Under the pieces are notes generated by a model, which saw only the letters and a list, made by a program, of their open reading frames with translations, was not told the DNA's origin and ran no database searches. Shown here piece by piece: positions 63,296-64,000 of a DNA stretch of 64,000 nt. The number at the start of each line of letters is the position of its first letter. Position 1 is the stretch's first letter. Origin of the DNA: Felis catus (taxonomy: Eukaryota). The stretch is taken from the NCBI RefSeq assembly GCF_018350175.1, contig NC_058368.1, positions 9,858,001 to 9,922,000 on the forward strand, in the 5' to 3' direction. A program made the translations under genes and the position numbers.

Positions 63296-64000
63296 CTTCC
63301 TCTACTCGTTTCCTCCTAGCAAGCCAGCTCTGCTTTGTTGAGGAGTAAGCTGCGAGTGACAGAGGGCAGCGTCTGATAAGAGGGCAGCTTTTGACAAAGA
63401 GTGGAGACAGCGGACAAAGTGGAGGCGGCAGGGAAGCCTGAGCCGCGCCAGGAGAGGGGGTGAGGGAGGAGTCTTCTGAGGAGGGCCATCTAGAGATTTT
63501 GTCCTCACGAGGATCTTGTTCATCTGCGTTGGGCGACTTTGGGGGTCCGTTGTGTTTGTCCTGGCTCTGTAGGGATGTTTATGTATGTGTTGCTTGCGAG
63601 GGGCCAAGGGTGAAGGAGGGATTGATGACCTCCACCTTGTACGTATCGGAACGGCTGTTTTTGGAACTGCCTTTGCAAAAGTGAATTTAAGATTATGCTA
63701 ATGTAACAGAACCTTCTATCTGCATTTTCGGTTTCTTAAGAACTGTGGGAATTCTTGTCTAAGTGTTGAAATAATGATCTCTTTTTTTGCATGATCCCTC
63801 TTAAAAGCACAGGGAGATCTTTCAGAGGTATGAGAAATAGAACTTTCTATAACTCCATTCAACTTTTATTTTCAGATTTGTTCTGCTGCTGCCCAAAGCA
63901 CAATCTCAGTTAACTCAGGATTCTCTCTGTCTGCTTCTCTGGAGTTGTTTCCAAGGGCTGACACCTGGTTTTTAAACTTTTTAAAAAATGTTTATTTATT

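Noticed and set aside
63860..63960. Acceptor-like TTTTATTTTCAG near the window end
   Set aside because: No convincing donor or ORF; the motif is common by chance
1..64000. CRISPR arrays, operons or other prokaryotic systems
   Set aside because: Mammalian intron/exon DNA; the repeats are dispersed retroposons, not repeat-spacer arrays

Overview
Mammalian DNA, most likely felid (dense Can-SINEs, including SINEC_Fc-like copies, plus carnivore L1). The window holds one complete + strand protein-coding gene, USPL1 (SUMO-specific isopeptidase). It has a CpG-island promoter at ~13.3-14.3 kb, exon 1 ending at 13982, and 8 coding exons from 17335 to 51027 (3288 nt, 1095 aa, all phases consistent, Cys238/His458/Asp474 triad intact). 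A tRNA-Asn(GTT) gene lies on the - strand at 61423-61496 inside a second CpG island. The rest is mostly transposon-derived (~33 SINEs, L1, L2, MLT, MER20, MER58, MER82); repeat family names and most repeat boundaries are by-eye estimates. I found no novel gene. The most interesting signal is at the 5' end of USPL1. A strong-context CUG in exon 1 is in frame with exon 3. The weak-donor exon 2 stops that frame, adds two uORFs and supplies its own AUG, which suggests a splicing-controlled start-codon switch. Other leads are an HCF-1-type DHNY motif, a young 92-nt mRNA 3'-end retrocopy, a tailless SINE head, a candidate hairpin-containing poison exon and a CpG-rich old L1.
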